A DNA stretch of 64,000 nucleotides from Opitutaceae bacterium. Lineage in GTDB: Bacteria > Verrucomicrobiota > Verrucomicrobiia > Opitutales > Coraliomargaritaceae. This document shows positions 24,809 through 35,600 of the stretch, piece by piece. The translations under genes were made by a program, and so were the position numbers. The number at the start of each line of letters is the position of its first letter. Position 1 is the stretch's first letter. The notes under the pieces were generated by a model. It ran no database searches, was not told the origin of the DNA, and saw only the letters and a list, made by a program, of their open reading frames with translations. The DNA lies in assembly GCA_051252375.1 (NCBI GenBank), contig JBPOFY010000012.1, positions 32,001 through 96,000 of the forward strand, given 5' to 3'.

Positions 24809-26134
24809 CTAAGGGAAAACGCCGCGCATTTTATAGACTTTATCGAGGTGCTCAATCGCGGAGGCGTAGGAGGCGACGCGCATACTGCATTTGAGTCGGT
24901 CGGCCATTTCGAGGACGCGTTTGGCGGAGCCTACCATGACTTTTCGTAGGCGCTCATCGACCACCTCTTCGTCCCATGTCTCCGACTGACGGTTTTGTTT
25001 CCATTCGAAGTAGCTTACAGTGACGCCACCCGCGTTGCAGAGGATTGCGGGCAAGATTGCCACGCCCTTATCGAGTAGATATTGTTCTGCGTGTGGCGTG
25101 GTCGGTGCGTTGGCCGCTTCGACTAGCACTTTACAACTGATGAGTTTGGCGTGTTCCAAATCGACCATTTGTTCCAGCGCAGCTGGGATGAAGAGATCTA
25201 CCGGTGTGCTATAGAATGTTTCGTTGGAGATGGCTTCTGCGTCGGCGTAGCCTGCAACGCCGCCTGTGACTTTCACGTGTTCGGCCAATTTCTGCGCGTC
25301 GATTCCGGTTTCGTGGAAAATAGCGCCAGTGTGGTCCATCACTGTTTTTAAGATGGAGCCTCGCTGTTGCAGTAGGCGAGCAGTCCAAGAACCGACATTT
25401 CCATAACCGATTAGGCTGTAAGAGAGTTTGCCGATCTCCATACCCATTCCCGGGAGGAGCTCGTCGAGCACATAGACAAGGCCTTGCCCTGTGGCTTTTT
25501 CACGACCAGCGGAGCCGCCAAACTCTAAAGGTTTACCAGTGACCACACCACGTGCGGTGACTTTGGTGGAAGACTCCGCGAAATTAATATAGGTGTCGGC
25601 CATCCAAGCCATGATTTGACAATTGGTGCCTACGTCGGGTGCTGGGATGTCGTAGTCGGGGCCGATATTGTTGCCTAGTGCAGCAGTCAGACGGCGGGTC
25701 ACGCGTTGTAGCTCGGCACGACTCACGGCACGCGGATCGATCTTAAGTGCGCCTTTAGCGCCGCCATAGGGCAGGCGAGCGAGGGCGCATTTCATCGTCA
25801 TCAGTAGGGCGAGTGTCTTCACCTCATCGAGTTTAACTTCGGGGTGGTAGCGGATGCCACCTTTGTAGGGACCGAGCACATTGTTGTGCTGCACGCGGTA
25901 GCCTTTAAAAAGTTGCCATGTGCCGTCGTCCATCTGCACGGGGCAGTGAAACATGATCTCATTTTTTGGCTGGCTGAGAATCAGTTTGAGGCGGTGGGGC
26001 ACCTCAAGCGCATTGGCGGCTTCGAGCACCGAACTGACGGTTTGGAAGTAGAGGTTATGGTCGTCGTAATAGTCTTCGAGTTCGTGGAAGATATCGCGGG
26101 CGGACTGACATGCGGGGGTATTGCAGGATTCCAT
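24809..26134 (-). CDS. gdhA: Glu/Leu/Phe/Val dehydrogenase (glutamate dehydrogenase)
   Basis: GPYKGGIRYHP, LPYGGAKG, DIPAPDVGT, GYGNVG, NAGGVTVSYFEW. Confidence 0.9.
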   Translation of the reverse strand: MESCNTPACQSARDIFHELEDYYDDHNLYFQTVSSVLEAANALEVPHRLKLILSQPKNEIMFHCPVQMDDGTWQLFKGYRVQHNNVLGPYKGGIRYHPEVKLDEVKTLALLMTMKCALARLPYGGAKGALKIDPRAVSRAELQRVTRRLTAALGNNIGPDYDIPAPDVGTNCQIMAWMADTYINFAESSTKVTARGVVTGKPLEFGGSAGREKATGQGLVYVLDELLPGMGMEIGKLSYSLIGYGNVGSWTARLLQQRGSILKTVMDHTGAIFHETGIDAQKLAEHVKVTGGVAGYADAEAISNETFYSTPVDLFIPAALEQMVDLEHAKLISCKVLVEAANAPTTPHAEQYLLDKGVAILPAILCNAGGVTVSYFEWKQNRQSETWDEEVVDERLRKVMVGSAKRVLEMADRLKCSMRVASYASAIEHLDKVYKMRGVFP

Positions 26135-26209
26135 ACCAGTAGGCTGTCACTGTTTAAGTTAAAGACAAGCCAGTGTCGTTTAAAAGATGCAGGTTAAGCG
26201 TGCTGCGGA

Positions 26210-26653
26210 TTATAAATCCGGGCCAATTAACTTTTCGATATCACGGCGATCCTTTTTGGTGGGGCGTCCGGTGCCCTTGTGGCTGAAAAGCTTGGCGTTG
26301 GCTTGCTTCTCACGGGCAGCCTCGAATTCGGACTCTGGAGTGCGGTCTTCGAAGTATTGGGGTAGCGCCGCTGCGCCGACTCGTTTCTCAGTCAGACCGA
26401 CGACATGGAGTGTCTTGGTGATGGCTTTGGTGCGTGCGATCACAGTGTCTCCGATGTGGACTTTGCCAGATGGCTTGGCGATGACGTTATTGATGCGCAC
26501 TGCTGAACCACGGCAAGCTTCAGCGGCATCAGTGCGCGTCTTATATACGCGCACCGCCCAAAGCCATTTGTCTAAACGAACGGAAGGAACGCTGGGAACG
26601 TCGAACGTCGAACGTCCAACGTTCAATTTTGAATGCGATTGCTCTGGGTTCAT
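26210..26653 (-). CDS. hslR: Ribosome-associated heat shock protein Hsp15 (S4 domain), N-terminus extended by a repeat arm
   Basis: VRLDKWLWAVRVYKTRT.A...C, GRPTKKDRR; N-terminal SKLNVGRSTFDV is encoded by the heptamer arm. Confidence 0.9.
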   Translation of the reverse strand: MNPEQSHSKLNVGRSTFDVPSVPSVRLDKWLWAVRVYKTRTDAAEACRGSAVRINNVIAKPSGKVHIGDTVIARTKAITKTLHVVGLTEKRVGAAALPQYFEDRTPESEFEAAREKQANAKLFSHKGTGRPTKKDRRDIEKLIGPDL

Positions 26654-26723
26654 TTAGTGGGAAGTGGAGAGTGTCCTTTCTGGAATTCAACATTGGGCGT
26701 TCGAAGTTGGACGTTCGAAGTTC
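26596..26723. repeat. Heptamer-armed inverted repeat (39-nt arms, 50-nt spacer) overlapping the hslR start
   Basis: GAACGTCGAACGTCGAACGTCCAACGTTCAATTTTGAAT (26596-26634); ATTCAACATTGGGCGTTCGAAGTTGGACGTTCGAAGTTC (26685-26723). Confidence 0.9.
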
Positions 26724-26733
26724 CCATGACTCC

Positions 26734-27891
26734 TTAGCGCTGTTTCAGCGCGCTAGTCATTTTCTCGAGGCCTTCGATGAGGCGGCTTTGTGGGCAACCG
26801 AAATTGAGGCGCACGTGTTGATGTCCGTCGAAAGGAACACCATCGGAGAGACCGACACCGTGGTCTTCGAAAAACTTGACTGGGTTGTCGAGCCCGAGCT
26901 TCGCGACGTCAAACCATGCCAGATAGGTTGATTGCATCGGGCGGAAAGTAATCTCGGGTATCTGCTCGTTGATGAACTTATAGAGCAGCTCGTAGTTGCC
27001 GCGTAGATACTTAATGAGCTCTAGGCGCCATGGTTCACCGTGGTTATAAGCCGCTTCGCATCCCGCGTAGCCGAAGCAGTTCACTTCGGTGATGATTCCG
27101 CGGATTGTTTTTTGAAATTGCAGGCGTAGCTCCTGATTCTCGATTACGGAAAAAGCACATGCGAGGCCAGGCAAGTTGTAGGTCTTACTAGGAGCCATCA
27201 GTGTGACTGTGCGGGCGGCGATGGTATCGTTGAGGGTCGATGTGACGATGTGCTTGGTCTGCTCATCGAATACGAGATCGCAGTGGATTTCGTCGGAGAT
27301 CAGAATGAGGTCGTGGCGCTCGCAGAAGTCCGCGATGCCTGTGAGCTCTTCGCGTGAGAAGACCCGACCGACTGGATTGTGCGGGCTGCAAAGCACGAAA
27401 ATCTTGGTCTTCGGTGTGACGGCAGCTTCCATTGCGTCGATGTCGAGCGTCCATTGGTCGGCAGCATTGAGGCAGAGGGGCACTTTGATCAGTTCACGAC
27501 CAGCATAGTCGGGAGCAGAGAGGAATGGAGGGTAAACCGGCGTCGCCGTCATTACCGAGTCGCCGGGTTCGGTGAAGGCGTGGCAACAGAGGTTGATCGC
27601 CGGCACGAGACCAGGCAGGAAATTGAGCCAATGTGCTTTGGCGCTATAGCCATGTGCCCGATCTAGGTAGTTCACGACCGCTTCGGTGGGTGCATCGAAA
27701 GGGATGGTGTAGCCGAAAATACCATGGTCGAGGCGTTGCTGGAGGCCTGCCATGATCTCGGGAGCGGTCTCGAAGTCCATATCCGCGACCCAGAGTGGTA
27801 GGATGTCGCGACCTTTGTATTTGTCCCATTTGAGGCTGCCATAGCCAGTGCGGTCCGGGCAGGTGTCGAAATTGTAGCTGTGTGCTGTCAT
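26734..27891 (-). CDS. patB: PLP-dependent cystathionine beta-lyase, MalY/PatB family
   Basis: S.KW, LPLWVADMDF, LCSPHNP.GR, SDEIH.D, APSKTYNL.GL, RLNFGC. Confidence 0.9.
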   Translation of the reverse strand: MTAHSYNFDTCPDRTGYGSLKWDKYKGRDILPLWVADMDFETAPEIMAGLQQRLDHGIFGYTIPFDAPTEAVVNYLDRAHGYSAKAHWLNFLPGLVPAINLCCHAFTEPGDSVMTATPVYPPFLSAPDYAGRELIKVPLCLNAADQWTLDIDAMEAAVTPKTKIFVLCSPHNPVGRVFSREELTGIADFCERHDLILISDEIHCDLVFDEQTKHIVTSTLNDTIAARTVTLMAPSKTYNLPGLACAFSVIENQELRLQFQKTIRGIITEVNCFGYAGCEAAYNHGEPWRLELIKYLRGNYELLYKFINEQIPEITFRPMQSTYLAWFDVAKLGLDNPVKFFEDHGVGLSDGVPFDGHQHVRLNFGCPQSRLIEGLEKMTSALKQR

Positions 27892-28012
27892 GTGGGGAAG
27901 ACGATCAACTCGACAGCGCTTTCCTGCAAATCATTTTGCGGGATTGTTATTCACAGAGAAGTCTGAGGCTTTTCGATTGCCAAAGTCTATTGCGATCTAC
28001 GAGGTCATAGGC

Positions 28013-28732
28013 ATGAAACCTAAAACCAAATTAGCTGAAGCGCCTATCGTGGGTGGTGCTGTCATGGCTCTGTATGAGCATGATGGTAGTTTTTCGATGA
28101 GTGTGAACGGGCAAGAGCTGATGCACTCGGAGGCTTGTGCTTCGGAGCGGCTGATGGGGAGTCTCGGGATCGAGCGTGTGCCGCTAGAGGAAATTCCACG
28201 TATCTTGATCGGCGGGCTGGGGCTTGGGTTCACTTTGCGCAGTGTGATCGATGCAGTCGGTCCGGATGCATTGATCGATGTGGCTGAGCTCGTGCCGGAA
28301 GTAATTGAATGGAATAAGACTTTTTTGAAGGACCTGAATGGCGAGCTGATAGAGAACGCTGGGGTCGATGTGTTTGTCGACGATGTGGTCGAGGTGATCA
28401 AAAAAGCCAAGGCGCTCTATGACACGATTATCGTGGATGTGGATAATGGTCCTTTTGCGATGGTGGCTGATTCGAATGTTTCGCTATATTCCAATACGGG
28501 TTTGAAACGTATCTGGGGCGCGTTGAAGCCGGAAGGTCGCGCTGTTTTTTGGTCGGCGAAGCAGGATGTTTCATTTGAACAGCGGCTGAAGCGGGTCGGC
28601 TTTAAGGTGCAGGCTGTGCCGGCTAAAGTGCATGCGCGTGCGAAGCGGGCGGCTTACATGCTCTATGTCGCAGATCGCCGCACAGGCACGGCTGGTGCCG
28701 AAGAGGAGCCTGTGGAGTATGTCGTGACTTAG
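28013..28732 (+). CDS. Spermidine-synthase-like SAM-dependent protein
   Basis: ELM.S...SE, LIGGLGLGFTL, DVDNGP, WSA; probable start ATG 28013. Confidence 0.8.
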   Translation: MKPKTKLAEAPIVGGAVMALYEHDGSFSMSVNGQELMHSEACASERLMGSLGIERVPLEEIPRILIGGLGLGFTLRSVIDAVGPDALIDVAELVPEVIEWNKTFLKDLNGELIENAGVDVFVDDVVEVIKKAKALYDTIIVDVDNGPFAMVADSNVSLYSNTGLKRIWGALKPEGRAVFWSAKQDVSFEQRLKRVGFKVQAVPAKVHARAKRAAYMLYVADRRTGTAGAEEEPVEYVVT

Positions 28733-28735
28733 CGT

Positions 28736-28906
28736 GAATGGCGCTAACTTAAGCAACTTTATCGAGATGAGATCTGTAACTTTATTTGGAGGGCAATGCT
28801 CCGCTCATTGCCGCAGAAACGCCTAAACGCTTCAAACTATCGGCGGTTGCGACGGAGCGCAACCCTCCAGCTTTTCACCAAACATCTTCTTAAGTTAGCG
28901 CCATTC
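28736..28906. mobile_element. MITE, 171 bp, with 18-bp perfect TIRs and a 10-bp target-site duplication
   Basis: TIR GAATGGCGCTAACTTAAG (28736-28753) / CTTAAGTTAGCGCCATTC (28889-28906); direct repeat GACTTAGCGT at 28726-28735 and 28907-28916. Confidence 0.9.
28787..28869. repeat. GGAG-type REP doublet nested inside the MITE
   Basis: TGGAGGGCAATGCTCCGCTCATTGCCG (28787-28813) and inverted CGGTTGCGACGGAGCGCAACCCTCCA (28844-28869). Confidence 0.8.
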
Positions 28907-28926
28907 GACTTAGCGTAATACTTAAC

Positions 28927-30324
28927 CTAAAATCCGATGATGTAGATCGAGCCTTGAGAGACTTGCTCGGCTAGTTCGGCTGAGATCCAACGCTCCTGAT
29001 AAGATGGTCCCCACGAGTCGCTGACTGCGATTTCGTTGGTGTCTTTGTTGTAGCCAATAATCATGCAGGCGTGCGCGGTATTGTAGTCTTTTTGTAATTC
29101 AATGCCGCGGGTTTCGGATTTGATTTGATCGGTCCATTGCTCCCAGTCGGTCACATCGCGGCGGTCCTTGGTGCGTTGATTGGCGAGGTCGTTGTATTCT
29201 TTTGTTGAGAATAGTGTCCAGATAATGGGGAGGCCCTTATCGATATGCTTTTGAATATTTCGAACTTTAATTTCTTGGCGTTCCTGTTTCATCGACCGGC
29301 TTTGAGAGGCGATGTAGCCATCGATCGAACTGATGATGGCGCTGAGGCTGGTGCCGCCGCCGACGCTGGTTTGCCCTGCCATCGCGAGGATATACATGTC
29401 TGCGGGGATCTGCATATAGCGGAGGTAGCGTTCGAAGGTGGCGGGGACGCAGTAGCCTTTAGGACCTTGATTGACCATCGGAATATTGCCGACCAAGACG
29501 TCACCGTTGGGACGGGTGATGATGTTCTCGGTGGTGAGCCCGCGCAGTGCGGCGTCGGATAGTTTTGCGGCGCGGCCTTTGTTGTCGGCTGCTTCGGCGG
29601 TCATGATCTTAAGGCTGACGTATTCGCCGTCCTGCGAGGCGAGGAGGAAGGCGTGTCCTTTCCAGTCCCAGCGTTCGATCAATTGTTTGATGCCACGACC
29701 TGCGCCGAATTGTTGGCGGTCGGGCGAGCCGAGTGTTTTACTGAGGAGCGATTCGATGCGTTTGGCGTCGTCATCGATGGCGGACTCCATGGCTCGGATT
29801 TCACTTTCGGTGGGTGTCTCGCTGAATTTGAAGTCACCTTTGTTGGCAAAGACGATACTTAGATGTTGGGCGCGGTCATTCTCGCCGTAGAGCACAGCAG
29901 AGTAGGGGCGGCTGGAAAGTATGCGGTAATCCGGCTTGGGGTATGTGCGGTAGCTGGATTGGCTGTCGGTTTTCGATTCTAGGCGCCAGCCGAGTCTTTC
30001 AGCGACTGCATTAGCAGTGTCGTCCCAGAGTTGACTGTCGTTGAAAAGTGGGATGCCTAGCAGCTCGTTGATGGCACGGTATTGATCACGTTCGGCGTCT
30101 TCCTGTTGAGCGATGGTTGCTTGGCTCTCAGTTGAGAGGAGCGCGCGGTCATACCAGATAGCTTGTCCGTTTGCTAAACGGATTTTAATTTGAGCCGATT
30201 GAATTTCCAGTAGTTCGACTTCGATGACGCGGCCGTCTTTATTGGATAAGGAAATACCAAACCCCGTTGCTTGGATGAGGGCGCATAGAGCGCATGTGAG
30301 CGTCAGTTTTTTGAACCACTGCAT
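28927..30324 (-). CDS. Secreted papain-fold (C39-like) cysteine peptidase domain protein
   Basis: Signal peptide; N-terminal SHD1-like 'DGR.IE...LS.E.Q'; NQG.KGYCVPA (Cys), HACMIIGY (His), VSDSWG (Asp). Confidence 0.78.
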   Translation of the reverse strand: MQWFKKLTLTCALCALIQATGFGISLSNKDGRVIEVELLEIQSAQIKIRLANGQAIWYDRALLSTESQATIAQQEDAERDQYRAINELLGIPLFNDSQLWDDTANAVAERLGWRLESKTDSQSSYRTYPKPDYRILSSRPYSAVLYGENDRAQHLSIVFANKGDFKFSETPTESEIRAMESAIDDDAKRIESLLSKTLGSPDRQQFGAGRGIKQLIERWDWKGHAFLLASQDGEYVSLKIMTAEAADNKGRAAKLSDAALRGLTTENIITRPNGDVLVGNIPMVNQGPKGYCVPATFERYLRYMQIPADMYILAMAGQTSVGGGTSLSAIISSIDGYIASQSRSMKQERQEIKVRNIQKHIDKGLPIIWTLFSTKEYNDLANQRTKDRRDVTDWEQWTDQIKSETRGIELQKDYNTAHACMIIGYNKDTNEIAVSDSWGPSYQERWISAELAEQVSQGSIYIIGF

Positions 30325-30342
30325 CTTGCTGGAGTTTTTAAC

Positions 30343-31323
30343 TTAAGCAGCCAGTTCTTTTAGTGGCACGAGTTTTTGTTTATCGCCGTCCCATACTTTC
30401 AAATGGAGGCAACGGAGCACTTCAATCGGGTTGAGTGTCGTCGTCTTGGCATCCTGTAGTTCCGGCATTTTGGAGTAAACTTCCGGCAGGCGGTAAAAGG
30501 GGATCTTTGAATTCAGGTGATGGATATGGTGATAGCCGATGTTGCCAGTGAAGTAGTGCATGATCGGGCTCATCTTGCAAAAGCTGGAAGATTCGAGTGC
30601 AGCACCTTCGTAGGTCCAGCCGTTGTTTTCTTTGAAGACGACTGTTGGGAAATTATGCTGCGCATAGAAGAGGTAGGAGCCCATAGCGCAGGCGATAAAG
30701 TAGGGGATGAAGATGGCGAAGAGCGCCGTGGCCCATCCAAAGGTAGTCACCACAAATGCGTAGAGCGCGATATGCAGGATCAATGAGAGGGCGGAGTCTT
30801 TGTGATCTTTGGTGTCGGTAAGCGCGGGCACGATGCACATGCCAACCAGAAAAATGGAAAAGTAGCCGAAGAGTATAGTGAGCGGGTGGCGCATCGCGAG
30901 GTATTGGATGCGTTCTTTGCGAGAGGCGCGTAGATAGCGCTCTTTGGTCATCACCGGGTAGGAGCCGATGTGGGCGCTGCGCAGTTTAGAATTGTGGTTG
31001 TGGTGGTGGTTGTGCGAGTGCGTCCAGATGCTGGTAGGTGTGATCGCGATGATGCCCCAAGCCTGCATAAACACTTTTGCAGCTTTGGATTTCGTCAAAA
31101 TCGCATTGTGCTGATGATCGTGGTAGATGACGAACAAGCGCACCATGAGTAGCCCGAGTAGAATCGAGCAGGCGAATTGAGCGATCCAGTGGATATTGTA
31201 AAGCGTGCCACCTGCGACGAGCAGGATGAGTAGTGTGGTTGAGAGAACGGCCCACCAGCTTTTCGCTGTGTTGTCCTTCGCATATTCTTTAGTGGCTAAA
31301 ATTAGTTCTTTACCGGTTCTCAT
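30343..31323 (-). CDS. Membrane fatty acid desaturase (omega-6/delta-12-like)
   Basis: Three His boxes HDHQH, HNHHH, HHIHH; TM helices. Confidence 0.9.
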   Translation of the reverse strand: MRTGKELILATKEYAKDNTAKSWWAVLSTTLLILLVAGGTLYNIHWIAQFACSILLGLLMVRLFVIYHDHQHNAILTKSKAAKVFMQAWGIIAITPTSIWTHSHNHHHNHNSKLRSAHIGSYPVMTKERYLRASRKERIQYLAMRHPLTILFGYFSIFLVGMCIVPALTDTKDHKDSALSLILHIALYAFVVTTFGWATALFAIFIPYFIACAMGSYLFYAQHNFPTVVFKENNGWTYEGAALESSSFCKMSPIMHYFTGNIGYHHIHHLNSKIPFYRLPEVYSKMPELQDAKTTTLNPIEVLRCLHLKVWDGDKQKLVPLKELAA

Positions 31324-31497
31324 GTGATTTCAATTGGAGTTCGGGACTTAAATTCGTTCAAAATGGATTCTCTATAGTTATATGCACGTGGCGAGGCCTA
31401 TGTCACACACGTGTGAACTGACTCGATATGCCTATTAAAGCAATGCCCGATTGTTGGTTAGGGGCATGTAGCAGGAAAGTAGCAGGTATGAAAGAGC

Positions 31498-32514
31498 TTG
31501 CGCACAGCGCGTCTAATCGACGAGGTCTATTGGATGCATCCCGAAGAAGCACCCGAAGAAAAAACATTGTTGGAATGGGCGGTGCGCCTGTGTCCCGATT
31601 CCCCGCGCAAGCGGATCAAAGAGTGGTTCGTGGCTGGGCGCTTTTGCCTAGATGGTGCCGTTGTGACAAAAGCGGGCCTCCGTATGGCCGATCCCGGCGA
31701 TCGTTTCACGATGGGTGCGCCTGATAAAGCACCGAGTAATTGGGGGCATCGTAAGCGCATTCATCCAAAAGTAGTGTTGGTGCATTTAGATGCATCACTC
31801 GCAATTATCGACAAAGAAGCTGGCCTTTTATCTGTTCCGAGTGATGGGCAAGATGGTATTTCTGCGATAGAAGTGTTGGCGAATTATTTGAACGACCCGC
31901 GTGGTGAGGCGACTCGTCGCAGCTTTTTTGGTAAGGCTGACAAGGTGAAACCGCTGCCAGTCCACCGTCTCGACCAATATACCAGCGGTCTACTGTGTAT
32001 CGCAATGAATGACACTGCGCGTCACTCCTTGATTCAGCAGCTTCGCAGTCACGATTTCCTTCGTGAATACATTGCCTATGCTGACGGCGACGCACCCACA
32101 CCTGAAGGCACTTGGCGCAACCACATGCTGCTCGATGAATCCGGTTATAATCAAACCATCGTCGAGCCCGGCACTGAGCGAGCCGTCGAAGCCGTTACTC
32201 ACTACGCAGTGGAGCAGGTTTTTGAGCGTCACCACGTCAGTAAGCTGCGTATTCGCCTTGAAACCGGTTTGAAGCACCAGATCCGCATTCAAGCAGCTGC
32301 ACATGACATGGCGCTGCTCGGAGATCGTTCTTATCACGAGGGCACGCAAAAAGCGGTGAAGAAAAAGGGCGCGAAATTGCCGTATCAGTTTAAGCGCCAA
32401 GCGCTTCATGCGGCGACGATTGGCATCAAGCACCCCGATGATGGACGTTATATTCGCTTCGAGTCACGTATCCCAGGTGATATGCAGGATCTCGAAGTGC
32501 GCTTGAGTAGTTGA
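31498..32514 (+). CDS. RluA-family pseudouridine synthase
   Basis: DK.AGLL, VHRLDQYTSGL, LETG.KHQIR, LGD..Y, RQALHA; start approximate. Confidence 0.92.
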   Translation: MRTARLIDEVYWMHPEEAPEEKTLLEWAVRLCPDSPRKRIKEWFVAGRFCLDGAVVTKAGLRMADPGDRFTMGAPDKAPSNWGHRKRIHPKVVLVHLDASLAIIDKEAGLLSVPSDGQDGISAIEVLANYLNDPRGEATRRSFFGKADKVKPLPVHRLDQYTSGLLCIAMNDTARHSLIQQLRSHDFLREYIAYADGDAPTPEGTWRNHMLLDESGYNQTIVEPGTERAVEAVTHYAVEQVFERHHVSKLRIRLETGLKHQIRIQAAAHDMALLGDRSYHEGTQKAVKKKGAKLPYQFKRQALHAATIGIKHPDDGRYIRFESRIPGDMQDLEVRLSS

Positions 32515-32610
32515 CCTCAGCGGCGTATAGACGTCTTTATTTAGAGAGTTTTAGCTTTCTTTTACAGCACTAGGGGTCGACTTGTAGTCGCTTTTCCGCA
32601 TGCTGGCGGG

Positions 32611-35600
32611 ATGCCTCGTTTACGCTCTATACTACTCGCGAGCACAGTTGCCCTGCTGATTGCTTTTTTGGTTACCAATCAACTGGAGAATGTGGACTCG
32701 TCGTCCAGCCCGCAGGCACCTGTTGAAGTCGCGCGGCTTGCTCCGGTCGAGGATTTTGACGCCGCAGATGTCGTCGATTTTCGAGAATGGCAGACCGCCT
32801 ATCGAGATGCACCTAAAGCTTCTCAGTCGAGCATGTTGCGACATGGCATCGCATCGGCAAAAGCACGTTCGGAGCAGATGAGGGAACTGATAATGACTGA
32901 CCCTGCCGCGGCACTCGAACAAGTCGTATCACTTGCAGAGTATGCTCAACTGCCAGAAGAGTTGCTACCTTATGTCGAGCAACCAGTCAGTGGCTATGGC
33001 GATATTGATTTAGAGTGGGCGACGCATGTGGGCACGGATCGCAGTCTGCAATGTGCACATCAAAATAGATTATACTTTAGTGGGGAGCAGTATGCCCTCT
33101 ATGGCCCAGACTATCGTGCGGATCAACAGCCCAGCCTCGACGTTCCAATAGTGGCTTATTTGTTGGATGATTTGGCATTGATGCCTGCTGCTTCGCTCTT
33201 ACCGGTCAGCGGAGTCGATATTGAGGCGGCTAAGGCCATATTTGGCGCCGCGGAACAGGACGGGCTTGATCCTATCACTCAACAACCGATTGATACTGAG
33301 GTCGCCGCAGTGATTGGTGGTAAGGTGTATCAGTTTTCCAGTCGTGAGATTTTGGATACAGTTGCCGCTGAGTTGGAGGCGGCTGAACGCGCCACTGCCG
33401 AGACGAAACAATATACGGTGAAATCACCCTATGCGTGGCTTGCCGGTGATTCCGGGGGTGATGAGCAGGGCATTACGGAGAGTAGTTATTTTGCCGACGA
33501 CAACATCACAGTGCTGTTCATTCGTTGTGATTTTTCCGATTTTCCAGGATCTCCTGTGAGTAAACTCGATTTAGAAACCGATTTAGCAACGATCAGTGGG
33601 CACCTCAATACGATGTCCTATGGGGCGGCTTCGATTACTGCATCGGTGACAACAACTTTATATCGAGCGACTGGTTCTACTTATACAACTGGTGTCGGAT
33701 ATGCACAAGCAGGTGCTAATTCTGCTCTGTATGATGATGTCGTCGCGGCATACGATGCTGCGGCTGATTTTTCCGCCAGTTCCGCATATGACGTGGTGGC
33801 GATCTATTTCCCTAAATTAACTAGTGTTTCAGGCTCACAAATCACCTACGGTGGTCTCGCGTCAGTTGGCGGTTCGCGCCATTGGATTAATGGTCTAACT
33901 ACCAGTTCCGGACGCACCGAAGTGATTACTCACGAGTTCGGTCATAATTATGGTCTCTATCATGCAAATTATTGGCATCCAGAACAAGAGCTTGGGGGCA
34001 GTTACAAAGATCCCAACGGCAATAGCCTAGAGTATGGCGATATCTTCGATACCATGGGTAATGGGAACCTTGCAGAGTCACACTTCAGCCAATACCAGAA
34101 AAACAAAATTGATTGGATCGATGATTCCAAGGTTCAAGACGTTTCTGTAGGCGGCACCTATAAGGTGTATCGTTTCGACCATATCGATGCGGATGATAAT
34201 CCATTGCTCGCACTGCGTGTGCCATTACAAGACGATGTGCATTATTGGGTCGGTTTTCGTCAGCTCTATACCAGCAATGCAAATGCTTTTAGCGGCGCGT
34301 ATGTCGTGGGAGAGGGACTTTATACAAACCGCCCGAACTTAATTGACATGACACCAGAGTCGGAAATCGCAGAGAGCTCGGATCGTTTTGATGCCTGCTT
34401 GCCGGTAGGGAGTAATTATTATGATGCCGATTCAGGTGTGACTTTGACCGCGGTCTCGAAGGGCACCGATGGTGCTGGGGATGAATGGCTCAATGTGACG
34501 GTCGATTTCGAAAGCCGCTTTGGTATTGTTCAAGACCCTTACGAGGCGCTTGAAAACGCTGGCACGGTCAGTGTCACTGTGCGTCGCCTATATCCGGAAG
34601 GCGCGATTACTGTCGGGTATATGACCTCCAATGGCTCTGCGACTGCAGGACTCGATTACGTCGCCGACAGTGGCACCTTATTTTGGGGAATCGGTGATAC
34701 TTCTACGCGTCAGATCACGATCACATTGAATGAAGATTCTGAGATTGAAGGCACTGAAGATTTTACCATCACCCTCTCTGATCCCACTCCAGGGGTGCTG
34801 ATCAATGGCGAAGAATCAGTCACGGTTTCGATTCTCGATTACGTCAGCGAAGTCGGGCTCGTTTCGGATTTCTATGAATACGATGAAGCCGCAGGTGTGG
34901 CTTATGTTTCTGTTGAACGATTGGTTTCAGATAGCGGATCGGTCTCCGTCGACTATGCGACGAGTGACGACAGCGCGACCGCTGGTTCTGACTATAACGC
35001 CACCACTGGAACTGTGACTTGGGCAGATGGTGATTCCACAGGCAAGAAAATCGCCATCAGTATCAAACCAGACACAGCAGTAGAAGGCATTGAAGACTTT
35101 ACGCTGACTTTGAGTAATCCAGTTTCAGGGATTCTCGCTTCTGGGCAAACTACCGAGACGGTATCGATCCTAGATCCTGGGCAACGTTATCCATCATTTA
35201 CGCCGGATTTCTTTAATAACTCAGTTCGTGCCATAGGGTTCCAGTCCGATGGTCGAGCGATTATTGGTGGCACTATCAGCCACACGAGCGGCGATTTTTC
35301 CGGTGCAGGCAATATCGTGCGATTGAACTCACTAGGCGATGTAGATCCAGGCTTTAATTCGGGAGGCGTGGGGTTCAATAGCGACGTTGATCAAATTATT
35401 GTGCAGTCGGACGATTCCATTTTAGTTCGTGGCAGCTTCACAGCTTATAATGGCACCACAGTTCCTGGCTTAGCGCTGTTAGATTCAGAAGGTGTGCTCG
35501 ATGCCACCTTTAACACGAACCTAGGAACTGCAGCAAATGCATCGGTCTACACCATCGCATTGGAAGGGGATGGTCACATTTTAGTCGGAGGCAGTTTTAC

